From: Takakia lepidozioides
Lineage: Eukaryota > Plantae > Bryophyta
Assembly: GCA_030704615.1 (NCBI GenBank)
Contig: CM060734.1
Span: 56,358,001-56,422,000 of the forward strand
Length of the DNA: 64,000 nt
Direction: 5' to 3'
The translations under genes and the position numbers were made by a program. The notes below the pieces were generated by a model. That model made no database searches. It was not told the DNA's origin and was given only the letters and a program-made list of their open reading frames with translations. Below are positions 1 to 12,464 of this stretch, in pieces; within the stretch, counting starts at the first letter, position 1, and the number at the start of each line of letters is the position of its first letter.

Positions 1-490
1 ATGTTTGCTGATCTTTGAGTTCTGGCAAATATGTTTGTGGGTCTTTGCGCTCACTAGAGTTAAGCTTTGGACAATTAATTTCTCTTCGCGTGACCAGATA
101 GTTTCGTATTTTTTATTTTTCCGCGAGAGCACATTTTGGTTTTGCTAGCGCATATTCTCCGGATTCTTGGGGAGTATGTTAAATATGCCTATGTGCTCAC
201 GCTACCCAACCTCGGGCATGTTAGTTGGTTCTCTTATTTTAGCAAATGGACTTGTCTCTAGGGGCCTGATTTGTGAGCTGTCGCTCCCAGGTGTTTCCCT
301 TTTGAAAAAAAAAAGACTTGAAAAACATATCAAACTTTGAAAACAAGTGTTGGTGCTTGTGCTTACGTTGGGATGGTCACCGTCTCGCACCTTTTTTTGT
401 TTTCTTTCTCTAACACAGTGCTTGGGTGATTCCGCAGCAGCTACTGAAAGAGTTGTGGTCCAGTCGTCCAGTCGGGCTGCTGAAGGTACA

Positions 491-1477
491 ATGGCTGTTC
501 GCTTAGCAAAGGCAGTGCCCATGGTGGCACTGGGAGTGTCCACATGGTACGTGCTTTTCAAAGATTCAGAAGAAGCTATGGCTGGGTTTGGGAAAGACTG
601 TCCCGGTATAGTCTCCTACAGCTGGCGGTTAGGAACTGAACGAGTTGATAGATTCATATGCATACTGGTTCTGTTTTTTGAGAGGACGATTGCCAGTCAC
701 GAAGGACAGTGGATTGCGGGTTATATCTTGTCGCTGTTGATGTCAGTGTTTGCGTTCATGGCGGTAGAGGGGTCTCGCTACAGGTCCGGGTGGGTGCTCT
801 CCCTCACCCCATTATTCGCTCTCCTCTTTCAAGTGCTGGGAATCTCGGTGGTGGTGCCCGCAGCCTGGCTACCCGTGTACTTTCTATACGGCTCTGGAGA
901 TCGTTCAGTTGAGCAAGTATGGACTAGGAAAATTTCGGTGCAGCGCGTGGTGGCCATAGCCTTCTTCTTGCTATTTGTTCAAATCACCATCTTGGGCATG
1001 TTCTTCCCCTTTGAGAGACTGGGGACTGAGATTGCAATATTGGGTTTTCAATTCTCGCCCCTGCTGGTCCCATTTCTCTGGTTACCGTTCAGGACCACCG
1101 AAAAAACCATGATAATGCGCGGACACAAGGGAGTCATCGCTCTCCATCTCCTCCAAGCTGGAGCAGGTCTAGTCTGGCAATTGACTGCAATTCTGTATGC
1201 GGTGCGAGAGCCACAACTGCCTTGGAAGGTCGTCCAGATCCTGCTTTCCTACAAGACACATGAATGGGTCCTCTACTTTCTAATTGTTGATGCGCTGGTT
1301 CTCTTTCTCGCATTCTTTTACTTATCAGTAGTGGAAGATGGGATTCTCGTGGGTTTGTTAGTGACTTTGGGGGCGGTGGCTCTGGGGCCCTCGTTTGCCC
1401 TATCTGCTTACTTCGTGTATAGAGAACAGCGAATATCTGAGGCCGTGGTCCAGTTCAATCGGAAAAAGAGTAAATGA
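491..1477 (+). CDS. Intronless multi-pass membrane protein (~328 aa), resembles fungal CtvD/AurD-like proteins
   Basis: Uninterrupted ORF; first ATG at 491 (the track's GTG start at 347 runs through T-rich, probably non-coding sequence). Many hydrophobic segments. Motifs VDRFICILVLFF, VEGSR...LFALLFQVLGISVVVP and LGPSFALSAYFVYRE. Family call is from remembered motifs. Confidence 0.75.
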   Translation: MAVRLAKAVPMVALGVSTWYVLFKDSEEAMAGFGKDCPGIVSYSWRLGTERVDRFICILVLFFERTIASHEGQWIAGYILSLLMSVFAFMAVEGSRYRSGWVLSLTPLFALLFQVLGISVVVPAAWLPVYFLYGSGDRSVEQVWTRKISVQRVVAIAFFLLFVQITILGMFFPFERLGTEIAILGFQFSPLLVPFLWLPFRTTEKTMIMRGHKGVIALHLLQAGAGLVWQLTAILYAVREPQLPWKVVQILLSYKTHEWVLYFLIVDALVLFLAFFYLSVVEDGILVGLLVTLGAVALGPSFALSAYFVYREQRISEAVVQFNRKKSK

Positions 1478-2005
1478 AGGGCTTCAAAGTGATAAATTCC
1501 CATATGTATCAAACAAGTCTCTGTTTACAAGTGCTTCCAAGCTTGAAAGACTAATTTCTGACATGAACTAAATTTTGTAAGGTGTGCGGCCCGAAGAGAT
1601 GGAATCAACTTTCAATGGCCACCGAAAACGTAAAAGAAACAGAGAGGGCACTAGAAAACGAGGTTTGAAGTGTGTGGAGACAGTTTCATTTCCCAGCAAA
1701 GGAGACCATAGTCAAATCCGACACATTCTATACGTGCTAACTGCCTTGGGGAAACTGACAGTCAGCTTGCAACATGGAAGAATGGTGCAAAGTCAGGCAT
1801 CTTGATGTGGTTATGTGCCTTTAGGACCAGTTTGCTGCAACTTGGTCCAAGGTTTCTTTGGTCTTGGTCCCTAGTCTAAAGTGGCCCTTATAGCAAACCT
1901 ACATGAGGGGACTATACAACCGCCCTTTACCGTGGGCCTTAAGCACCGTGTGCCTAATATGTAAGGCTAGGGCAGCTTTAATATTATTTGTATTTATGGG
2001 AAATA

Positions 2006-2523
2006 CCGTCCCGGCCCAACCATTTAGGCGATAATTAATTCAACTTTGAAAGTGCCTAACGCGATTTGGGAATTTTTCAAATTTTGGCCTAATTGCACGG
2101 AAACTATGGGACCAAAGTGCCTAATTCCTGAAAATTCGAGAAAAAAACTTTCAAGCCTTTTCTCATGTTGTTTGTAGTAAGATGAAAATTTCATTGAACA
2201 AAAATCAATACAAACATATGCGTGCGAAAATATCTTCCTACAAATCCCAATCTATTTGTGAGAGCTCCATGGGGTGCAAGCTGGGAGGAGAATTGAGCTG
2301 GGCCTATTGGCAGGGGACAAGGGGCCATGGGCACTGGGTTTTTATTTTTTATTTTTATTCTTAGGAAAATCAATTTTTTCTCTTTTCATGTGCCTAATTC
2401 AAAAAACTTATAGCATGGAGATGCCTAATGTGAAGATATGGTTTGAGAAACGTGCCTAAGCAGCCTGTTTGTTTTTTGATAATTATTAGGCGCAAAAATG
2501 CCTAAATGGTTGGGCAGGGACGA
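2006..2523. mobile_element. Tc1/mariner-type MITE
   Basis: ~24-bp terminal inverted repeats (CCGTCCCGGCCCAACCATTTAGGC / GCCTAAATGGTTGGGCAGGGACGA), TA on both sides, AT-rich non-coding interior with repeated GTGCCTAA. Confidence 0.8.
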
Positions 2524-2793
2524 TATGTATCAATAGTTAAATGTAAGAATTAATTCATGACACCAACAGTGGATAATGCACATATTGTCGCTGGAGTGTG
2601 TGGACAAAGAAATTATTGTTGACGTGATAAAAACATTTAAGAAAAAATCAAGAATACCAATGATCAGTAGAAATCTTGCTGGTAGTTTTTCTAGGATATG
2701 GGGATGGATGTGCGATTGCAATTGACATTAACTAGTATTGAGTTCTTTGCATATATTTTCAAGGACATAGAGAAGAAGTCATGTTCAAAGATG

Positions 2794-2830
<37 letters not shown>
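2794..2830. repeat. Compound (TA)n(CA)n microsatellite
   Basis: Directly visible. Confidence 0.95.
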
Positions 2831-2831
<1 letters not shown>

Positions 2832-3785
2832 TATACAGATAACGGTCCGAGAGAGACCTAAAATTTTATTTCATGAGGAAAAGTAACCTCACATGACATG
2901 CCATGGAGGCTGATGAAAGGGACGCCGCCCAGCTATATATTTCTATACATGACAAAGAGTATGTTTGTTGGAAAGACATTGATTAATGACATTGTAATAT
3001 CATGAATTTTGCATGAGAAAAATGAAACTCAATAATATAAAGTTTGATGATTGGATGAATTGATGACCACAAAACATAAGGTGATAAGAATATGATATAG
3101 TATCTTGTAATGTATGAGCAATTTTTTTTATTCAATGTGTGACATCATATCAAAAAGCGGCTTCAATAGAAATATAAATGTCTAAACTATTTATAAATTA
3201 GTGGGCTCTGAAGCCAGATTCCCGCTCCACTAGTGATTCATCTTCCTCAGTAGTGAAAGCTAGGTAAGTCGTAAGTAGCTCAGGAGGAAGGAACCAATAC
3301 CAAAAGACTTTCGACATCCTATCTCAAATCTTCATGACTGCGCCTCAACAACTCCGTTGTACAACTCTCAAACCCACCATTCATCCACATTAATTGAAGA
3401 CCAGGTTTAAATAGAAATCCTAATCCTAAGCAGACCAGTCAGTTGGCAAGTGTCCATTTGTTTCCTAAATCTCCAACCAAATGCCATAATAAATAAACTC
3501 CCAACAAGGCCAACTCTTAAATAAACTACATGTTAACATAATTTGCAAGTCACAAGCTGATTACAAGTATGCCAATAGTGTTTAGTGCTAAGTATCCCAA
3601 CAATAAATCTATCATCCATTCATGAGAATAAAACAATGCAAAGAATCAAACCTTTCTAAGGGCTCATATATATATCAGAACAGGGGACAAAGGCCCTGGT
3701 TTAATTTTATTAAGATTATTGAAGGGAAAAACATTAAAACCCTTAAAGGCACACGGCCGCCATAAGGCTCTAATGCACGGCAAGC

Positions 3786-4466
3786 CGTGACGGATACCCC
3801 GAAGTACATTGACTACCTTGCAAAGCAAAGGAAGGGAACAACCAGAATGCAAAATTCCGTGAGACATATACTGAGAACGTATAACAAGTTCAACCTAGAG
3901 GCAGTTTCTAGGCTAAGCAGGTCCAGAGTAACTATTGAAGCTACTGTACTTAGAGCCAGGAAGGGCGAGGCATCTCCATCATATCCTTGAAAATAAACCA
4001 GATAGCTTGAAGGAGAAATCATTGAAGGGGAAAACAGTCAGTCTGGAAACTGGACAACTGGAAACAGGGCTAGGGTACTGGGAACTGGGCTGGAATACTG
4101 GGAACTGGAAACAAGAGTAGCTTCAACTGGTGTTGAGACTGAAGAGTATCCAGTCTCGCCTTATATATATACTGTCTACTAAGAAGCTTCTCTTATGGAG
4201 GTTTCTTGCTGGAGAAGTTTCCAAGATTAAACAAAGGTTTCTTGATGGAGAAGCTTCCTTCAATAAATGACGTATCTTGATGGAGAAGTTTCATCCAAAA
4301 CAAGCTTCCTGAACAGTTTCCCAAGTTACTCTTGGTAATTTGGTAAACTCCCAGTAACTTGGTAAGTAATGATAAATCATGGTAACTTTCGGTAACATGG
4401 TAACTTGATACCTTGGTAACTTCTGGTATTTATTTTGGTAAGTTCCTCTGGGCCATGTCCGTGACA
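3786..4466 (-). repeat. 3' LTR of the minus-strand gypsy element
   Basis: 4041-4466 is homologous to ~8605-9044. Preceded on the minus strand by the purine tract AGAGGATGGGGTGA (4467-4480). Distal end placed at CGTGACGGAT (3786), an imperfect inverted copy of the LTR start. Confidence 0.75.
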
Positions 4467-4749
4467 TCACCCCATCCTCTAGCGCCGAATTCCGAAGCAG
4501 TTAAATCTAGGACTTGCTTAGAGTTAGAGAAAATCCAAAATCCGGCGAATGATACTTGCAAAGTATTCGGTTCTTCGTTCTTAATTGATGTTGAAGGTCG
4601 AGAGAGTCGGAACGGCTGATCTGGTAGCTAGATATGGAGTCTTCACCTTGAAGCTAACTTGGCTGACATCATCATTGTGACGTCTAATTGACGTGTAGCT
4701 TGGGGCTTAGCTGGATATCGTTAATGAAACTTTTGGACTTTGTCAGATG

Positions 4750-7700
4750 CATTGGCGAGGTTGGATGAAGGTTCCCACGTTCGTTAGCTGATGTCGTAGC
4801 CTTTCCAATGTACGAAACACTCAAGACGTTTATTCTTGATGCGAGAGTCTAAGACTTCGTCGACTTCATACTCAATTTCCTGATTAACTTCGATTGGTGG
4901 AGATGGTACGGAGACTCTCTCTGGAATATTCGATGGATGATACAACTCCAATAATGAAACATGAAAGATTGGATGGATACGCATACTTCGTGGGAGTTCA
5001 AGTCGAAAACTGACTGGATTTATTTGTCGAATAATTTTGAATGGTCCCAGGCGTTAATAATCCAACTTCCTTAATGGTCGCAAGGTTTGTATGTTCCGTC
5101 GAAGAAGCCACACACGATCTCCGACCTTGAACTGGGGTTGGAGTTGGCGACGTTGATCTGCATACTCCTTGTATTGTTTTTAAGCTTCTGCGAGGTGGAA
5201 TGTAAGCTCTTTGTGAAATATCGTAGCAAGATAAGTAGCAAGGTTTTCTGCAGCAGGGCCTCCAACAGTCTTCATATGGAAAGGGTTTGCTCGAGGATGA
5301 TGACCATAATTGGAGAAAAATGGAGTTTGTTTGGTCGAAAAATGTATAGTGTTGTTGTAGACAAACTTAGCCAATGACAGAAGGTCCGTCCAATTATCTT
5401 GGTGATAATTTATCGTTCAGTGAAGATACTGCTCCAAAATCTGGTTTACACGTTCGGTTTGACCATCAGTCTGTGGATGATTAGTTGTAGAGAGGTTGAT
5501 CTTAGTATCCAATATGTGAAATAATCCCCTCCAGAAATTTGATATGAACTGTGGTTCTCGATCAGATACGATGTCTTTCGGGAGACCATGAATGCGGTAG
5601 ATATTATTGAGGAAGAGTCTTGCAGTTTTCTCGCCGGTAACTGTCTTATTACATGAAATAAAATGTGTCATCTTCGTAAAATGATCCACAATAACAAGGA
5701 TTGAATCAGTGGTTTTGGAAATTGGAAGATCCGTAATAAAGTCCATAGACACGGACGACCATGGACCCTTGGGAATGGGTAATGGTTGAAGAAGGCCGTA
5801 AGGTCGATGTCGTGGTCCCTTCGCTCTAGCACACGTGTCGCAAGATTTTATAAATTCTTTCACGAGTTTCCACATCTATGGCCACCAATAATCCCTGGAT
5901 ATTAATTCCATTGTTTTGTTGAAACCGAAATGTCCTGTAGCCGGAAGATCATGACATGTGGATTGTCTCGAGGTCGATTTAGTTGACTTCGTAGTGTCAC
6001 GGCAAATTGGTCGCTTTTCAGTGCTTCCTGGATCTTCTTTATGATCTCTACATCATCATAAGTGGACATGGATAGCATATTCACTTGGAAATTTGTTGGT
6101 TTCAAGATGATGGATTTCTGTTGGTCAAAAGCTGCATCCCCTTCTTTTGACGCAAGATACGATCGTCGAAAAAAAGTATCTGGTTTTCCTTGAAGATGTC
6201 CTGGTCGGTAGGTAATAACAAAATCAAACCTTGCTAGTGACATACTCCATTTCGCTTGACGTCGATTCAAAACACGAGCACTCATGAAATACTCGAGGTT
6301 TTTGTGATCGGTGTAGACTGTGACCTGATGTTTAGCTCCCTCCAATAGATGACACCACTCCTCAAAAACATCAATAATCGCTAGAAGTTCTTTGTCATGG
6401 ATTTCATGATTGATCTCCGTAACGAAAAATTTGCGAGAACGAAAACCAATAGGGTAAAGTCGGCCATCTGTACCGTATTGAGAGAGTACCGCGTCAAGTG
6501 CAAAGTCCGATGCATCTGTTTCCAAAAAGAATGGTTTAGATGGGTTTGCATGTACCAGTGTTGGAGCCGTTGTAAATACCTGCTTCAGCCTTTCAAATGT
6601 TTGGTCAGCCTTCTCGTCCCATACAAATTTGTTTTTCCCTGTGAGTCGTGTCAATGGTGCATCAATTTTGGAGTAGTTTTTTATGAAGATTCTATATAAA
6701 TTGACAAATCCTAGAAAACATTGTACATCTCGAACCGAAGTTGGTTTAATCCACTCGATGATGGTTTGTATTTTCTTCTGATCCATAAAGACTCATTTGT
6801 CGGAAATAAACCCAAAAATTCGACTTCAAATTGGTGGAAAAGACATTTTTCCAACTTGACATATAGTCTTTTTTCCCTCAATTTATCAAGGACAAGGCGT
6901 ATATGGCGACCATGTTCTTCTTCATTCTGTGAAAATATCAAAATGTCGTCCAAATAGATGACTACAAAGTCATCTAAAAATTCTCGAAAGATGTCATTCA
7001 TCATGTGTTGAAAAATTGCTGGAGCATTTGTAAGACCAAAAGACATAACACTGTATTCAAAATGTCCGTACGTTGTGCGAAAAGCAGTCTTCCATTCGTC
7101 TCCTTCTTTAATTCGTACAAGGTTGTAAGCTCCTCTCAAATCGATCTTTGTGAAAAATTTGCTCGTCCAAGGTGTTCCAGGAGTCTGGAAATCAGCGGTA
7201 ATGGGTAACGATTTTTTATAATGACTTTGTTGAGCCCACGATAGTCCACACACATGCGTAACGATCCGTCCTTCTACTTCACAAATAAGATAGGTGCTCC
7301 CGCGGGTGATTTCGAATGTCGAATGAAATTCTTTGACAAATTTTCATCAATGTATTCGCGTAAAGTAGCCAGCTCCGTCTGAGATAAATTGTAGATTGGG
7401 CCGAATAGTGGTTGAGCTTCTTTTTGCAACTCAATTGCATAATCATAAGGTCGATGTTCTGGCAACATGTCTGCATTTTTCTTCTCGAAGACATCCTTGA
7501 AATCTTGATATTGAGTGGGTATTGTCGGAGTACCTTGGTCTGTTGTGGTTTTGATCGGAGTTGCATAAAGTGCAAATGTCGCATATTTCTTCGTAGCTCT
7601 CATGAAGGCTCTAGCTCCAAGAAACATGGGTTGAATACCTTTGGTACTTTTGCATTTTTGTCTTGCCGAAATTTTTTGTGGTCGTCAGTCGATGTCAGGA

Positions 7701-8391
7701 TTATGAAGTACAAACCAGGGAAGTCCAAAGATCACATGATTCGTTGGAGACTAGATGTCATTGAAAACAATCTGTGATGCTTGATTTTTAAACTTCATTT
7801 CAAGGGGTCGAGTTTCATGGTCAATATCTCCTGATGCTAACGGTCGTCCATCGATGACTTCAACAGGGGCCGATAATTTCTTTCTTACGAACGTTAAATT
7901 GTGTTGCTTCGCAAAGTCTTTCTCAATAAAACACACTGAAGCGTTCGAGTCCAAAAGTGCTTTTACGGAGATATCTCGATTTTGCATCCTGATCTTTACT
8001 GGAACTGTAAAACAAGATACACGGTCTGGAGGTAGAAAAAGATTTTATTTTTTTTAAGGAATTTGGGGGGTCCAGCCGCGTGGTCCCTACTATGACTGGA
8101 CATCTTTATTTTCCGACCTCCTCGTATCGAACACTTGAGTTGTGCCCCGAGCTTTGAATCTTCTCTTGTTGGGGCAGTTTAATGTTATGTGATCATCTTC
8201 TTCGCAATAAAGACATAATGCATTTGAGCGCCGTCTTTTGTTTTTCTTGTGGCGTCAATGGCTTGAAGCGGACAGCATCAATCTGCATATGATCATTACC
8301 GGATGTCTGATGGATCGTTGTGTTTGGTTCTTGCAATCTGGAGCTGAAGACTCTACAATGTGGCGACCATTTCCGCAAATGTGTCTTCCAT
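4750..8391 (-). pseudogene. gag-pol pseudogene with C-terminal chromodomain; most of gag deleted
   Basis: ORF fragments 7751-7987 (protease), 6711-7253 (RT), 5902-6786 (RNase H), 5417-5875 (integrase), 4784-4984 ([11 protein letters not shown]...VHWKGY). Multiple stops and frameshifts. Confidence 0.93.
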
Positions 8392-8412
8392 CTTAACTAA
8401 CTAAGGAACAAA

Positions 8413-8429
8413 CTTCAGTCTCGCCAAAC
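8413..8429 (-). promoter_or_regulatory. Self-priming (Tf1-type) primer binding site
   Basis: Minus-strand GTTTGGCGAGACTGAAG follows the LTR end and is complementary (14/15) to CTTCAATCTCGCCAA at 8720-8706, just downstream of the LTR TATA (8740-8747). Confidence 0.75.
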
Positions 8430-9044
8430 TATCAAGAACGAGAACATGATTGAACACAAACAAGAGATTAGACTAGAAGTACAAGACTATGCAAGAAGTC
8501 AAGGTCGGCGTGGTCGTATGCACGATGAGTGAATATAAATCAAGGCGATTTTTATAACAATGAACAAGGGTACAAGATATTGGAACGCGACTTGAATACT
8601 GGAATGCTGGAAACTGGACTGGAGTACCAGATACTGGAAACTGGGCTAACGTACTGGGAACTGGACTGGAATACTGGGAACTAGAAACAAGAGCTCCAAC
8701 TGGTGTTGGCGAGATTGAAGAGTGTTCAGTCTCGCCTCCTATATATACTGGCTACTAAGAAGCTTCCCTAAGAAGCTTCCCATATGGAGGTTTCTTGCTA
8801 GAGAAGTTTCCAAGATTAAACAAAAGTTTATTGATTGAGAAGTTTCCTTAAAGGAGGTATCTTTTATGGAGAAGTTTCTTCCAAAGCAAGCTTCCTGAGC
8901 AGTTTCCCAAGTTACTCTTGGTAATTTGGGAAACTCCCGGTAACTTGGTAAATTATGATAAATCATGGTAACTTTCAATAACTTGGTAACTTGATAACTT
9001 CTAGTATTTACTCTGGTAAGTTCCTCTGGGCTATGTCCGTGACA
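8430..9044 (-). repeat. 5' LTR (615 bp)
   Basis: Termini TGTCACGGAC ... GTTCTTGATA (imperfect inverted repeat), internal TATA, followed by the PBS and the gag ATG at 8391. Confidence 0.85.
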
Positions 9045-12000
9045 GTTTCCAGTATCTGGTACTCCCGTCCAGTTTCCAATATTCCAGTATTCAAGTCGTG
9101 TTCCAATATCTTGTACCCTTGTTCATTGTTATAAAGATCGTCTTGATTCCTATTTACTCATCGTGCATACGGCCACGCCGACCTTGACTTCTTGCCTGGT
9201 CTTGTACCTCTAGTCTGATCTCTTGTTTGTGTTCAGTCATGTTTTCATCCTTGATAGTTTGGTGAGACTAAAGTTTGTTCCTTAGTTAGTTAAGATGGAA
9301 GGCAAATTTGCGGCACCATGTTCATATAATCCACCGCTACATTCCCAATAAACCGCACTTGGACACACTGTCTCTGTTGACACAAAACACGAAATACAAT
9401 ATAATCACTTGTTAAAATAAGAGTCGAGCCAGGGGCACCCCAGCACGTCGGCCATCTCCTGACTGCCACTCCGGCCTGTAGGATGTCATTCTAGAGTCTT
9501 CAGTTCTAGATGCAAGAACTTTGTGCCTCTACTGCCCAACTACAAGCTGATCAGTCTTAAGATTTTGGCAACGCTCTCAACAATTTGTAACAACAAATTT
9601 CAGAGTTGAAGGAGTCGAACAATAGATCTTCAACCTTACGAGTCCCTACTACAACAAATCCTACTGCAACGGTTCCTCCATATCTTCAACATATTACAAA
9701 GGAACCAAAGGTCAGCATGCCCGAAACATTTGATGGGACGAGATCAAGATTTCGCGGTTTTGTTCAACAAGTACGATTGTTCTTACGACTACATCCATAA
9801 TGCTACCCTGATGAAGGTATTCAAGTGGGATTTGTAGGCACCCTTCTATCCGGCACTGCCCTATCTTGGTTTGCACCGCTATTAGAGAAAAATTCGCATT
9901 TACTATACAATTTTGAAGCGTTCATGTCCAAGTTCACTACAACATTTGGAGAGAATGATAGAGAGAGATTTGCAGAGACAAAGATGCGAAATCTTCGACA
10001 AGGAGTACGTCCAGCTTCCGTTTATGTTACTGAATTTCGACAACTTGCGTGCGACCTCGACTGGAATGAGAAGAGTCTCATTAGTCAGTTTCGATGTGGC
10101 CTAAAAGAGGATGTAAAAGATTTGTTGCTGACAATGTCAAACGTGAGTACACTGAGCAAATTCATCACCCAAGTCATTGCATGTGATAATCGTTTGTTCG
10201 AAAGACGTCAAAAGAAGCGATCTAGATGGTCGACGACGCACCATGCCGCTGCTACTATGGCACCAAACACAATGATCTATCAGACATCCAGTAATGACCA
10301 TATGCAGATTGATACTGTCCGATTCAAGCCATTGACGCAACAAGAAAAACAAAGACGATGCTCAAATGGATTATGTCTTTATTGTGGAGAAGATGATTAC
10401 ATAACATTAAACTGCCCCAACAAGAGAAGATTCAAAGCTCGGGGCACAACTCAAGTGTTTGATACGAGAAGGTCGGAAAACGAAGATGTCCAGTCACAGT
10501 ATGAACCATGCGGTTGGACATCCCAAATTCCTCACCAAAAAAATGTCTTTTTCTACCGCCAGATCCTGAACCTTGTTTCACAGTTCCAGTAAAGATCAGG
10601 ATGCAAAATAGAGATATCTTCGTAGAAGCACTTTTGGACTCGGGTGCTTCAGCGTGTTTTATTGACAAAGACTTTGCGAAACAACATAATTTAACGCTCG
10701 TAAGAAAGAAATTCTCGGCCCCTGTTGAAGTCATCGATGGACGACCGTTAGCATCAAGAAATATTGACCATGAAACTCGACCCCTTGAAGTGAAGCTTAA
10801 AAATCAAGCATCACAGATTGTTTTCAATGTCATCCAGTCTTTAACGAATCATGTGATCCTTGGACTTTCCTGGTTTGTACTTCATAATCCTGACATCGAT
10901 TGGCGATCACGAAAAATTTCGGCAAGACAAAAATGCAAAAGTACCAAAGGTATTCAAACTTTGTTTCTTGGAGCTAGAGCCTTCATGAGAGCTACAAAGA
11001 AAGACGCGACATTTGCACTTTATGCGACTCCGATCAAAACCACAACAGACCAAAGTACTTCGACGTTACCAACTCAATATCAAGATTTCAATGATGTCTT
11101 CCAAAAGAAAAATGTAGACATGTTGCCAGAACATCGACCTTATGATTGTGCAATTGAGTTGCAAAAATGAGCTCAACCACCATTCAGCCCGATCTACAAT
11201 TTATCGCAGACGAAGCTGGTTGCTTTACGCAAATACATTGATGAAAATTTGTCAAAGAATTTCATTCGACATTCGAAATCACCCGCGCGGGGCACCCATC
11301 TTATTTGTGAAGAAGAAGACAGATCGTTACGCCTGTGTGTGGACTATCATGGGCTCAACAAAGTCACTATAAAAAATCGTTATCCACTACCACTGATTTC
11401 TGGACTTCTCAAACAACTTGGACGAGCAAATTTTTTCACAAAGATCGACTTGAGAGGAGCTTACAACCTTGTACGAATAATAGAAGAAGACGAATGGAAG
11501 AATGCTTTTCGCACAATGTACGGACATTTCGAATACAGTATTATGCCTTTCGGTCTTACAAATGCTCCAGCAAATTTTCAACACATGATGAATGACATCT
11601 TTCGAGAATTTTTAGATGACTTTGTAGTCATCTATTTGGACAACATTTTGATATTTTCACAGAATGAAGAAGAACATGGTTGCCATGTACGCCTTGTCCT
11701 TGATAAATTGAGAGAAAAATGACTATATGTCAAGTTGGAAAAATGTCTTTTCCACCAATCTGAAGTCGAATTTTTGGGCTACATTATTTCCGACAAATGA
11801 GTCTTTATGGATCAGAAGAAAATACAAACCATCATCGAGTGGATTAAACCAACTTCGGTCCGAGATGTACAATGTTTTCTAGGATTTGTCAATTTATATA
11901 GAATCTTCATAAAAAACTACTCCAAAATTGCTGCACCACTGACACGACTCACAGGGAAAAACAAATTTGTATGGGACGAGAAGGCTGACCAAACATTTGA

Positions 12001-12464
12001 AAGGCTGAAGCAGGTATTCACAACGGCTCCAACACTGGTACATGCAAACCCATCTAAACCATTCTTTTTGGAAACAGATGCATCGGACTTTGCACTTGGC
12101 GCGGTACTCTTTCAATACGGTACAGATGGTCGACTTTACCCTATTGGTTTTCATTCTCGCAAATTTTCCGCTGCGGAGATCAATCATGAAATCCATGACA
12201 AAGAACTTCTAGCGATTATTGATGTTTTTGAGGAGTGGCGTCATCTATTGGAGGGAGCTAAACATCAGGTCACAGTCTATACCGATCACAAAAACCTCGA
12301 GTATTTCATGAGTGCTCGTGTTTTGAATCGACGTCAAGCGAGATGAAGTATGTCACTAGCAAGGTTTGATTTTGTTATTACCTACCGTTCCGGACATCTT
12401 CAAGGAAAACCAGATGCTCTTTCTCGACGATCGTATCTAGCGCCAAAAGAAGGGGATGCAGCTT
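9045..12464 (+). mobile_element. Truncated inverted copy of the same gypsy element (partial LTR, gag, protease, RT, RNase H)
   Basis: Reverse complement of 6129-8641 apart from indels. Gag with zinc knuckle CLYCGEDDYITLNC, LLDSGAS protease, RT and RNase H. Ends abruptly at GGGGATGCAGCTT. Confidence 0.93.

Larger units (their letters stand above)
3786..9044 (-). mobile_element. Ty3/gypsy chromovirus LTR retrotransposon, degenerate
   Basis: Two LTRs, each starting TGTCACGGAC on the minus strand (9044 and 4466). PPT next to 4466. Domain order gag-protease (LLDS)-RT (YLDD)-RNase H (ETDASD)-integrase (SMDFITDLP, HPQTDGQTER)-chromodomain. Left boundary is less certain. Confidence 0.92.
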
